Shown here: piece by piece, positions 52,101 to 64,000 of the stretch | How positions within the stretch are numbered: the first letter of the stretch is position 1 | How the letters are laid out: every line of letters starts with the position of its first letter | Assembly: GCA_030141605.1 (NCBI GenBank) | Contig: JAQGDQ010000943.1 | Span: 1-64,000, forward strand | From: Tubiluchus corallicola | Lineage: Eukaryota > Animalia > Priapulida | Direction of reading: 5' to 3' | DNA length: 64,000 bases | Notes under the pieces: model-generated | Database searches by the model: none | What the model saw: the letters and a program-made list of their open reading frames with translations, nothing else | Told to the model about the DNA's origin: nothing | Program-made: the position numbers and the translations under genes

Positions 52101-55100
52101 TTGAGTTTTGATGCATTAATAACAGGTTTGTTTCTTGCTAAATATTAACGCTAAAAAGTATACTTAGTTTGTTTAGTAAAGTACTAAATCATTGTTATTT
52201 TTCTGTTTTAGCTGAAATTGGTCTTTAGCCTGATAGTGTCAGTTTTTGACTACAATCCAAATGTTGCGACGTGTATGAAAGCTGAAATGTGGCAAAAGTA
52301 AGTATAAATCTTCACTGAAACAACTTGTAATAATTTCAGAAAATAAAGAGATCCGTTCTTGTTGGCAAAAGCAAGCTTAGTATTTTAAGCGATCAGACTG
52401 ACAAGCAAAAAATGATTGTCTCCCTCTGTGTTTTTTTTGCAGGTTGTTAGATTTAATGCAGGAGGCCATGCAGATTCTGATTGACAATCCTAACATTGTC
52501 CTGAGTGATAATATCCAGGATGAGTCGGAAGTTTATGAGGTAAGTTACTTCTCAATGTGGCGTCTCATAATGTTTTAACAAAATATCATTTAGCTGTTAA
52601 AGGAAAATATGTTTTGAAATATGGTAAAAAGTTTACATGTTAACACTTAACACTTAAAATTGCAGTTGTATGATTATCCTTCTTATGTTTATTCTTGCTG
52701 TCTTTCTGATAGAGTGAAGAAGGGGCTTACCGTGTTCGTGGATGTTTGCTTAGCATGGTCGAACGGATGGATGAGGAGTTCACGAAGATGCTGCAAGCAT
52801 GTGATGCTCATAGCACAGAATACGTTGAACGGTAAATGAACTTTTAAATAACCAGACAAATAATCAAACAAACATTTGAACAACCAGACAAATAATCAAA
52901 CAAACGTATTGTTACTGATATATGTGACTGCAGAGCTATCTCACAGTAAAGTAATTACGATTATCATTTCACTAGTTTCGTATGTTTGCCATCAATCGAA
53001 AGCACAGTGCTTTAGTTAACATTTCTTCATCTTAGTGTTTTTGTTTTTGTTTACTAAAACATTGATGCATCTAGGCTTAAAGATGAGAAAACCGTTTGCA
53101 CCATCGTCGAAAAGATGCAGGAATATTTGGAAAGTCGAGACACTTGTTCCACGGATTTTTGCCGCATCTATATCCGGCGGATTGAGCACATGTACTACAA
53201 GTTTGATTACGTCAAACTGAAACAAATCTTGCAGAAAGAGAAGACTCATGCTGATTCTAATGGAGACGAGGCAAAAATAAAGGTTTGTTGTGCATAAGTG
53301 CATCTATACCTGATTAATTTGTGTACTAATGTAGCTGTAAGTTTTTCTTTCTACGTGCCATGCAACAAAAATTTCATCTTAAAATTCAAAATTCTTAAGC
53401 ACGTTTTATTAATATCTAAATTTTTCATGTCACACAATTACTGTGTAAAAACAATTTGTAACAGGTTATAAACATTAAACTATATACAAGAACTGAAACA
53501 CTGGAATGAGTTAGTATGAGCTAATATTATATTCTCCATTAATTTTAATTTTTTTAACCGTGATTTTCAATTTTTTGGACAATTACAGTACAAATGTTGC
53601 TAATAAATTACGAGTTTCAAACCATGTCAATTATTCCTTCAATTTGTTTTATCTCGATTACGATAAAATGAATGGGTCATCTTTTGCTTTAACATATTTC
53701 AAATTGTCCCTTTGCTAATTTTGATTGTAAAATACCTAAACTGGTTTAGATTTAATTTGGTACTGTGCAAAATTGCACTGCACAATTCATTTGCTTTTTA
53801 ATAATTGCATCGCAAAACTTAAATCTGTCATATTTGACAAATTTTCTGAAACAAACATTAATAGATCACTCTAACGTGTTCAGACTAGAAAGCTTTCTCG
53901 AGCGTTCTCTCTGAGATTAAACTCATAAGCTTGAACGGTTTTGCGAATTCTCTTGGCACATTATTGCAAACTCTCCGAGAGTTACTCTTGAACATAGACA
54001 AGCCCTATTTATTGCGAGAACTCTCAGAGAGAACTGTCGAGAGAAAACTCTCTAGTTTGAATATGCCTTAAGAGACAGAAATAGCAATGTGAAGACCCTT
54101 TGGACATTTTACTTTGTTTACTGTTCAAATTTTTTTTCATGTCATTACGTGCTTTTGAATTTAGAGGGTGATTGTTTTTTAAAAAAAAATATGGGTATTA
54201 TCGTAAAACAAAACAAAACAAACACAGAGTGATTTTTTCTCTCATTAGGAGGACACGAAAGAGGAAGAAACTCAGTTTGATCCCACGGCAGTCATGGACC
54301 GACTGTGCAAGTACATATACACAAAAGACATGACGGATCGCATACGAACTCGAGCCATCCTGTGTCACATTTATCATCATGCTCTACACGATCGTTGGTA
54401 TGAAGCTCGTGATCTTCAACTCATGTCTCATCTACAGGACACGATTCATCATTCTGATATTCCAGTGCAGGTATAATATTCAATTTAGTATTTGTTTATT
54501 TTTTATTATTTTTTATTTTTTTATTACTTAGTGCTTAATTTGCTCACTTTTGGCCAATTTCAATTTGTGCTCAACAGCCAAGTGAGCATTTTAACTGTAA
54601 ATCGTATATATGCATAGTTTAATTATGTTGTCACATATTTAAACTTTGAACTGTTAAAACTTAATTCCAAAATCCTAAAATGTGCATTTGTTTTGTTGTT
54701 GAATTGTATTCCCACATTTTTGATCAGAAGTACAAAAACATTGTATATTAAAAGTTAGTAGATACTGATGTGTTACTGTTAAAAGTTCTTGCATGTGTAA
54801 GTGTCACAACTTCAAAAATAGCCGTCACTAATATAAACGGTAGTGTATGAAGTACCATAAAATTCTTCGTAATTAGCTATATAACTAGGTTGCCATTTTA
54901 GAAATAGCACAGAATGGTTACTAATATGAGCAGTTGGGTACCATAAAATTCTTCGTAACTAGCCATGTAACTAAGTTCCCATTTTAAAAATAGCTGTCAC
55001 TAATATAAAGGGTAGTGCGTGAAGTACCATAAAATTTTTTGTATTTGTGAACCTGGGCTATATTGAATTAGTGAAGTATAAAACATGCTCACTAAAAATT

Positions 55101-58100
55101 AGAAATTATATTTGTGTTGCTCTCCACTGGAAATTAAAGTACAAATAGGATGGTAATATTTGAAAAGTTGAGACTTGTGTGAAATATCTACCTTAAATAT
55201 TATGTCTTCATTAATAGTAGGTTCTTGATGAGGTTCTTGGAACATGAACATAAAACACAATATACCATTAGTGTTCCCATTGTTATTTTATTTTGATTAA
55301 TATTTTGTGGAAGCCAACAGGCATCAGTACGCTTTAAACTTAAATGCTGTCTTTTGCACAGATTCTGTACAACCGGACCATGGTACAATTGGGCCTGTGT
55401 GCATTCCGCCATGGCAGTATACGTGATGCGCACAACTGTCTGTTAGACATACAGAGCGGTGGACGTGCTAAGGAACTTTTGGCACAGGTATTTTTACTTG
55501 CGTTCATGTGCAGAGTGAAATCTCACGTAGTTTTTTCAAGTTTATTGATTGCCTGCACAAAACATGTTCCTTTATTTCGTTATTGTACCATCTGGTACTC
55601 TAAAGCAAAACAACTCTTTATTGCTTTTTAACTACTTTGTACCAGTCAATGCAATTTTATCACTAAATTCTCTTTCCTTTGTCCAGGGATTGTTGATGCA
55701 AAGGCAACAGGAACGAAGACCGGAACAGGAGAAAATTGAAAAGCAGCGGCAGATGCCATTTCACATGCATATAAACCTAGAACTGCTCGAATGCGTTTAC
55801 CTTGTATCCGCCATGTTGCTCGAGATTCCTTATATGGCAGGTAAAATTTTCTTCATTCAGTAAAAAAGAGTTCATTTTTTACGGATTCTGCAATGTGTAC
55901 TTAACAGGTGTTAATGTATAATTGTATTTTTGAACTTGTTATTGATTTATTGGTAAGAAGGCTTTTTGACAGTAGTATGACTTGTTTATTATTAGTGAGT
56001 GAAATACTGAAAATCAGTTGTTCTGTAAATCACTGTCTTTCACTGTCACTGGCATCTGTGGTTTGGTAATTCATTCTGGTGATCATTCAAGCTAATTTTT
56101 TTTACAAACCACCATGTTGGTATACCAAATAAATTCATTTGTTGATTGTAACCAAAGAGATTTAATTAATATACATATTCTATGGTCTATATTCTGTATT
56201 CTACAAAAATATTCTATATGTGAAGTTTCGTACGGCAAAATTATACTATTGCTGGTACATATTGAAAAGCCATTTATTTTCACCCCACCTCTATATTATA
56301 TACCTCTACCTCTATATCCTTTACGAAGCCATTACATAGCAAGTATAAAACTCCTTATATGGAATTGGCTCATCGATTCAGCAGGCATACAGGTAGGTGC
56401 ATATACCATCTAAGCACCTGTTCCACAGTTCAACTAGCATACAAGAGGCAAGATAAATTACTTTCAAGTTTTTTAACATTAATTTCCCTGTTTGGACATT
56501 CACGTTTGTACAAAGCACTTGCCAAAATGCACAATTTCTTCATGACAGCATAATCCAGTATTGAACCAGGAATTCTTGGCCTCCGGAAAGCCTGGATTCG
56601 AACCAACCAGGTTACCCAATTCCTGGCGGTGAGGACCCACCAGCATTACAGTATTTTAAAATATTAGATCAAGTATTGATTTGTATGCCTGAAGTTGGAA
56701 GATGAATGTTGATAAATAAATTATTATCAGATGACTTTCTAGCTATCTTACTTGCCAGAGAGCATTAAAATATGAATTTTACGGTTACCGTATTGCAATA
56801 TTGACGCTGCAATATTGTTCTGAAAAAAAGTCTATGTTATTAGGTAGTTATTCATGTTACTTCATATATACTTATGTTTTCCAGCCCATGAATTCGATCC
56901 TCGTCGTCGAATGATCAGCAAAAGTTTCCATCATCAACTGAAGATTGCTGAGAAGCAGACATTGACCGGGCCGCCGGAATCTATGCGAGAGCATGTTGTT
57001 GCCGCCTCCAAGGCCATGAAAGTTGGAGACTGGCGTGCGTGTCGGGATTACATTCTTAGTGAAAAGATGAAGAATAAGGTTTGTGTTTCTTCCAGTTTTT
57101 CTAGTTTGTGAAATTTATAAACTTATAAATAGACGTAGTTTATGTATGTCTGTTGAGGCAACAGTACAATCTACTTGATTATCCTCATTTATTCTACTTC
57201 CTTAGGTGTGGAATTTGTTTCCGGAAACGGGGAAGGTGTGCGAAATGATAAAGCAGAAGATCCAGGAGGAGTCGTTGCGCACTTACCTGTTCACGTACAG
57301 CTCCGTCTATGATTCGCTCAGTCTCATTACGCTAAGTGAAATGTTTGAAATGGAGAAGGGATTAGTGCACAGCATTATCAGCAAAATGATTATCAATGAA
57401 GAGCTAATGGTGAGCTTTGTGTATTATTTGCGTTTGAATTGCTGCTGCTTTTTAAAATATTGTTTACGTGAGGAGAGGTTTATAGCCACATTGTTTTGCC
57501 CATGTGTTTTGTGTCTGAAGTTAGTTAAGCAACACTGATGCTCGTCAGTGAATAGATGAGCGTCAGCACTCATATTCAGTGCTTCCATTGGTCATATGTG
57601 TTCTGGCTGCTTACTTCATAGAGGGAAAGTGCACATACATCCGAATGTGGCTGCAATATTGCTGCCAGTTCATCGCAAAGGATTACACTGATAATCAGCA
57701 AGATGCTAGTCATGCCACACACATAACTGTTGAGCAGGTCATGCTTTGAATGCTGAATTGTATTTAAAAATGATAACACTGCATCACATGTACACTCTTT
57801 CCAGTAAATGTCCAGATTTTGACCTTATTAGTGTATTCTCGATGAAACTGTCTTATCAAACTAGAATTTTATTTTTAAGTTGGCCTCAAACTCAAGTTTC
57901 AATATACAATACTCATTGTCATGGTTTATGTTAATTTTATCACTTAACTAAATATGCCAGTATCTAACTAGCAAGAACTGGTTTGGGCTTGTAAAATGCT
58001 TGGATGACTGAAGCTAAATTTTCTTTTCTATAATGCTACAAATATTTTCCTTTTGTGCTGTAATATCACCATGATTTGTGTAAAATTGAAATGTTCGTTA

Positions 58101-58966
58101 TACCTGGTAGTACTGTCTGTTCAGTCATGAGGAAGTCATAATAATTACTAGCTTCTTCTTCGTTGCTGATGCGATATCTGCAACATACTTATATTTACTG
58201 GCTCTAAATGACGAATAAAGTAATATTTCTCGAAAACTATTTTACAATCTGTCATCGAAATGGCTTAAAAGGAATTGATACCTTCATTATTTACTTAGCT
58301 TTTGTTTTCCTTTGTTGTGTTGACAAGCGTGCTAGAGGACATAAAAGCATGGCGTGAAATAACATTTAAAACTTGTGTTCTGATCAAATTTTGTAATGAT
58401 ATCTAATGATAAATGAATAAACTTATTTGTGATTTCTATTTCTAGGCGTCATTGGATGAACCGACTCAAACTGTAGTCATGCACCGTACTGAACCTTCTC
58501 GTCTGCAATCGTTAGCGCTGCAGCTTAGCGAGAAGATTTCCACGCTTGTAGAAAACAACGAAAAACTTCTTGAGATGAAACAAGGAACTTACGGTAATGC
58601 TGAACACCATCATATTGTAACTTATGTTAAACTGTTACCATATCTGTTTTATGGGTTGTTTAGATAATGTCACAACTTAGGAATTACTTAGATTCTCTTA
58701 GGAAAATTATAGTCAAAAAAATAAAATTGTAAAAGAACTGTATTTGTGAGAAAGTTATAGTATCGTAAAAAAGAAAAGAAAAAAGTTTTCCAGAAATAAA
58801 GAATTGGTCTTTTAACTTTGTTAACTGAGTAGCTATGCAGATTTTTTTTAAATGTTTTCCATTCTTTTCTGAGAATGCTGGTAGAACTGCTAGTAATAAA
58901 ATTTGAATATATAAACTTGCAAAATGAAAAATGCATCTCTCTCCCCCTCCCTCCCTCCTTCCCTCT

Positions 58967-59054
<88 letters not shown>

Positions 59055-60446
59055 CCCTCTCTTTCTCTCTCTTGCTCTCTCATGATGCAGTTTCATACAA
59101 GATTTTTTCATGTATTGTTCAGGTCAAAACACTGCATTTCAAAGAACTGGACAAAGAAACTACCAAGACCAGTGGGGTAAGTATTTTCAATGGTTGTTTC
59201 TATTATGAGATTTCGTTGGAGTTTTAAGCCTTCCAAGTGAAGTACTGGGTGGTGCAGAAAAATGCGCTGAAGTCCAGACTATCATATTAGAAGCAAATGC
59301 CCTACAAAGTGGAAATTTCTCAATGTGGTACGAAGACATGTTAGCTTTTGGCTGTGAATTTAAAAATGTTAAAAAATTAAGTGCCAGAACAATATCACCT
59401 TAATCATTAATTGAAAAACAGCCGTACACGCACATTTCAATATATAGAGAAACGTATATATACATATATTGTTTATTGACCATAAATGCCACTTTGGTGT
59501 GTAAAGCACTCAATGCAAAGCAGCAAAACAATAAAGAAATCAACCAGTTTACATCATAGTCTTCACACAATATGCAGCACTGGTAAAGATTTGTTGGCAA
59601 GAAGAAAATGTGACTTAATCCTCATAACTGCGGTATCCAGAATACACTCAAAGAGAAAGTGCATGATGACCATACAACACCATTTGTTGCAGGAGGAACT
59701 AAAGGCAAAAATTCTCAAGTGTTGGGACAAAATTCCCATTAAAGAATAAAGAATTCCCATAATAATAGCGACATATGAAATTTTTCCCAGCATTCCAAGT
59801 CTAATGGAATGACCTAAAACTTATGGCTGGCATATGTAAGCAAATGCAACATCAGCGTGGTAATTTTCCAGAGATTCCGTTATTTTCTTCACACAATATT
59901 ATAATGAAAATTTTGGCAGATTTTTTTGCGCTACCTGAATTGGAAGGTTCTCGCATGGCTTTGTTGCAGTAGCTTTTCAAAGTAGCTTGACATCTTTCGG
60001 CGTTTCTACTTTGTTGCAAGAATTTTCAGTTTATCAACTGTAGATACATTTTAATGCAATATCGTTATGTGAATTATTGCATCACTGTAGTTTTCTGTTT
60101 GTTTATTTTAAATTCAGCGTCAAAAGTACTCTCTCTGTCAAAAACGAATGGATCATTTGCTTGGCCAGTAATTGATTGTTGTCTTTGTTCACGGAAAGTT
60201 TTCATGGTTTTGTTTTCTGCAGTTTTAGCATAACTGAACAATTAATATTTGCAAAATTGTATGAACTGTTTCTGCTGTAGATAATCGGATTTGGAAGTAG
60301 TGTGATTGTTTTAGAGCAAAAGACGGGGGAAAGAAAGAAGGGGAAAGTGGAAGAGTGTGTGAGAGAGAGAGAGAGAGGGAGAGGGCGAGGGAGGGCGGGG
60401 GGTCAAGGGAGAGAGAGAGAGGGAGAGGGAGGGAGGGAGGGAGGGA

Positions 60447-60536
<90 letters not shown>

Positions 60537-60824
60537 AGAGAGGAAGAATGGAAGGAAGAAGAGAGTGAGAAGGGGAAAAAGAAAGAGGAGAATAAGCAAG
60601 AAGGTGAAAGGGGAAGCTTAAAAAGAAAGTGTGGCCAATGGAAGATGGAATAGGTTGTATTTTCTGCACTAATAATTCTGTATTTTTGCTGCTCATAATG
60701 TGTGATGTTGCTTCCAGGTCGTCGAGATCAGAGGTCGTCGCAAAATCAGTCTGGACGGAACATTGGAAGGCAGAGTTACGGTCGAACTGGCGATCAACAG
60801 AAGTCGTACTATGGCCGGAATTAG
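43111..60824 (+). CDS. EIF3C: Eukaryotic translation initiation factor 3 subunit C, 20 coding exons, about 918 aa
   Basis: In-phase exons: 43111-43220, 44096-44161, 44510-44586, 44850-44962, 45609-45730, 50066-50296, 50706-50847, 51473-51649, 52212-52297, 52443-52539, 52713-52831, 53075-53282, 54249-54470, 55362-55487, 55687-55840, 56885-57078, 57206-57409, 58446-58593, 59123-59176, 60718-60824 (2757 nt). Motifs seen: [70 protein letters not shown]-domain SKMIINEEL. Confidence 0.96.
44285..44427. repeat. 36-bp tandem repeat x4 in EIF3C intron 2
   Basis: TTTAACAAARTATTGCAGTAMCTCATTCGGCA.TG. is repeated four times. Confidence 0.9.
45970..50019 (-). pseudogene. EIF3C: Inverted partial copy of EIF3C (exons 4-9 with introns) nested in EIF3C intron 5
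   Basis: 45970-48300 is the reverse complement of 50015-52343 (exons 6-9). 48724-50019 is the reverse complement of 44683-45978 (exons 4-5). Mirror ORFs in the track confirm this, e.g. 48015..48236- equals 50079..50300+. The copy has no start exon. Confidence 0.93.
53876..54067. mobile_element. MITE, possibly PIF/Harbinger-like
   Basis: Imperfect inverted ends CGTGTTCAGACTAGAAAGCTTTCTC and GAGAAAACTCTCTAGTTTGAATATG, with TAA/TTA-type flanks. Confidence 0.55.
54815..55040. repeat. Degenerate tandem repeat (about 85 bp x2.5)
   Basis: AAATAGC..CACTAATATAAA..GTACCATAAAATT recurs at about 54816, 54902 and 54988. Confidence 0.6.
58936..59080. repeat. (CT)n / polypyrimidine microsatellite
   Basis: CT run with CCCT interruptions, just upstream of EIF3C exon 19. 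Confidence 0.95.
60361..60540. repeat. (GA)n / polypurine microsatellite
   Basis: GA run with GGGA interruptions in EIF3C intron 19. Confidence 0.95.
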
Positions 60825-60947
60825 TCCCCTAGTTGATGCAGTCTTATTTAATTCAAGATCTGGTTCGGTTGCGGAATGGGGAGCAAATATTAGAATTTCA
60901 GAGAAAATCACTCCGAGTAAACAATTGTTTACATGTAATGATTGAAT

Positions 60948-60953
60948 AATAAA
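60948..60953 (+). terminator. Probable EIF3C polyadenylation signal
   Basis: AATAAA about 125 nt after the stop codon, followed by a GT-rich tract. Confidence 0.55.
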
Positions 60954-63900
60954 GTCTTTGTTGATGGAATTGTATATTGTTTGTTGTTTGTAATGTCCAA
61001 GTTGATGTAGCTAAAGGACTACGTAATATAAACAATTTTCGCTTTTGAAATGTAGCAGTTTATAAATTTGCAAACAATAAATAATTGTATTTGAAGTAGG
61101 AGATACAATTTAGTATCGGTAAGCAAGTGATATCCGTATGTAATTTGAAGTATATGTACATGCGCAATAAAATAAAAGAAGAATACTATGTGTATACAGA
61201 TTGCAAGAATGTTGCAAATTGCAAGAGTAATGCTGATAAAATTACAATGTTTTAAAAACAAAAACACGGCCAAATTGACAAATATCCAAGCTAAAACCAA
61301 AGTTAAAATTCCAAATAAAGTAAAACAATCAAATAATATAACCAACTAAACAAATAATGTCATTATCATAGCTACTGAAACAGAAATATGAGCTATATTA
61401 TAATTTTAATCTACGCATAATTCTTTCGCAGTTAAGTCATAAAGGACCAAAAGGATGATCTGTGTTGCAAGTACTTAACAAAAAAGTTCTCTTTTCCTCA
61501 AGGAATTTCCCCCTGTAATTTTGAGACAAATAAGAACTTGCAGCTTTGGGCTAACTGGTTTAAAACACCTATTCGACTACTGAGTTGTAGAATGTATTTG
61601 CTAAAGAGAAGTGAGTTTAATGCCATGCTTGGCCTATTTAGTAAAATGTGCAACAGAGCAGAGTTGATAGGACTTGAACTGATAATGCTTGGACCTATTT
61701 ATGATGTTAACCTTAACTCTGACTTTATCTTAGCGGCGCCAAACATTTTGGCTTCATGCAATTTACCTTAGACAATCCCAGCCTTCAAGACAGAATGATT
61801 TATCCAAAATCTGTCTAACATATACAGTTGTATCTACTTTCTCACATACGCTATACAAGAAGTATTCCATTTAAGAAGTCAATGGATTTTGTCCTTTGTT
61901 TCTTCAGTATTGGTACTCATACTTCACATGTGATTGTAATGTTTACAAAATTAAACTGTGTGCTACCTGGAACAAGGACACGCCATTTCTGTCCCTTCTT
62001 CTCAGTAACAATTCATTCTGTTAGTTCCTAAAGTCGACACCATCTAATTAGTGTGATCGTAATGCCAAGGTTATTGTTAATAATGGCACTAACCCAAAGT
62101 TAATTAAATTTGATATCAAGTTAAAAAATCAACAAATGTGAAAAGTTGGGATACAGTTCAATTCAATTCAATTTACACTTTTGTTTCAGACTTTAAAGTT
62201 CAAATAAAACCACACATAGACTAAATAAAAAATATATGAGATATTAACGCTACATATTAAAAAGTAAAACTGATGGCCAAGAAAAACCAAATCAGTTTTT
62301 AGACTGTTCACCTTTGGCTTTATAATATGACAAATAAAAAATGTCTTTATATAAAAACTAAAATTGCATTAAAACAGAGCATACAGTTACAAAAATACAC
62401 ATACATGAATACACGCTATTCTCATAATCACAAACAATAGGCAATGCACCCAAAACCAATAACTAAAATTGTTCAGCCTGCATTTGAACTAGGACCTTCT
62501 ACTTACGCCTCAGACGATTGGGCCTTTTAAGCAGAGAGCTGCTGGTTCAATTCCAAACTGCATCCCAACTTTTTCACATTTTCTGTCTATCAAATTCGGT
62601 TTCAAAATTTAGTTAGTAGTTAGTTTCAACCACTTACTAGCGTTAATTTAGTTGCTACTTTGTAACTTGAACTTCCCATTTCCGGCAGCTCCGTCTTCAA
62701 CAATGCTTTGTTCCGCTTACGGTGAAAAAGCAACTCGTATATCACGGGCTTCCTCTCCCCCAGCAATTGTTCTTTATTATTATTAAAGCACGCGTTTCTT
62801 CTGTTTATTCTCCTCTTTTGTATCACCCCCCCCCCATAACAGTCTATTCTGCCAGTAATTTGCACTAAGCACAACCAGGGCTTCTTTTTCTATCTTCCTA
62901 TGACTTGCATCTTTCCGTAACAACGGCTTCTATTCGTGATTAACTTGCACAACACCTGTCGAATGAGGTCACCCTTTCTATTACTGACATAACAATTGTG
63001 TAGGTTACGGGAGTGCGTTTTATTCTAGCTTAGGCTTTCCTTTTCCCACTTTTCCTTAAGCAGTGTTTTCTTTATGATTAAAGTGATCATAGCCTGTGAC
63101 TCAGATTTCTAATTTTAATAATGGCTTGCTCCCTTTGTGCTTGAATTGTACACCACTTGTAGCTATAAAAACTTATTCTCATACACAGATCCACAAACAT
63201 TTCCATCCATTTGTGATTAAAGCGCACATCTATCTATAGTCAGTTTGTGCGGAGGAGATCCACGGTTGAGTGGATAAGTGCACGCATTTTTTGTGAGTGT
63301 CGTGTGCTCGCCATTGGTTCGATGCTCACTCTGGGTGCTATTATACGTGAATATTGACGTGACCTCGTAAGGGGAGGATGTATATACATCCGAACGCGAT
63401 TAAGACAGCTCTGCTGAGAGGAATAACCATGATAATGACCAGATTCCAGTCTTGCCACAAGCATCTCGTTGAATAGGCGTTGTTTGAATGCTCGTAGCTC
63501 GAGTGTACCATAAAAATTTAAAAAAGCATGCATTAGTCCAGTACCAGATTATCCTATAGTCTAGTATAAGCTGCAGCCTAAGGCCCCTCAAGCTTATGGG
63601 GGAGGGGGGCACAAGCTTCCGTAAACATTTGGTAAAAAATTGTTTTCTCACTACGGCTGTAATTGAAATATGCACTAATTTGGTTTGCAATAAACAGTAA
63701 AACGGTGGTATTTCTTAGAGAATATTTTACTGACAAACAAAAGATAGCTATTCGAATTTCCTTAAAAATGCAATAAATTTACTTCAAACTATGTAAATGC
63801 CGCTAAACTATATCAATAGTTTAGTAAACAGTAAAAAAATATTCAAGACGAGCGCGGGCGAGTTTGGGGGTAGCTCCGTCTGAGGGGGTCCCATAATTTC

Positions 63901-64000
63901 ATTAGTCTAGGGGCCAAGAAAGGTTTTAATCCGTCCCTACACATTACCTGTACCTTAGCTTTCTTTTGTATCACCCCCTGCATTTCCTAGTGACGGTTTA

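Noticed and set aside
58688-60696. RE- and LS-repeat ORFs
   Set aside because: These are translations of (CT)n and (GA)n microsatellites.
61000-64000. Short ORFs and a repeated TTTTGTATCACCCCC motif (about 62816 and 63964)
   Set aside because: No recognisable protein motif or definable element boundaries. Probably decayed repeats.

Overview
AT-rich, intron-rich animal genomic DNA, apparently invertebrate; it is not prokaryotic, so most short ORFs in the track are exon fragments or noise. I reconstructed four protein-coding genes by hand from splice sites and reading-frame phase. (1) A 4-exon selenoprotein M gene (1281-5518, +) that the ORF track misses, with an in-frame TGA (CPGU), a U12-type intron and a canonical SECIS about 2 kb downstream. 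(2) A LITAF-like gene (-) that appears to lack the C-terminal half of its zinc-knuckle domain. (3) A complete 25-exon POLD1 (14364-40040, +, about 1100 aa) with one GC-AG intron. (4) A complete 20-exon EIF3C (43111-60824, +, about 918 aa). The most striking structure is inside EIF3C intron 5: a 4.05 kb inverted copy of the gene's own exons 4-9 in a B-A'-C'-B'-A layout, with 9-bp and 5-bp microhomology junctions. This is a template-switch signature that leaves the gene intact but makes the pre-mRNA extensively self-complementary; an assembly artefact must be excluded. Mobile DNA includes a Gypsy-like 3' end with its LTR, a CR1-like RT fragment, a head-to-tail Helitron dimer, hAT and pogo/Tigger-like MITEs, and tRNA-derived SINE heads. 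I found no evidence for a wholly new multi-gene system. All family assignments come from remembered motifs, not database searches.
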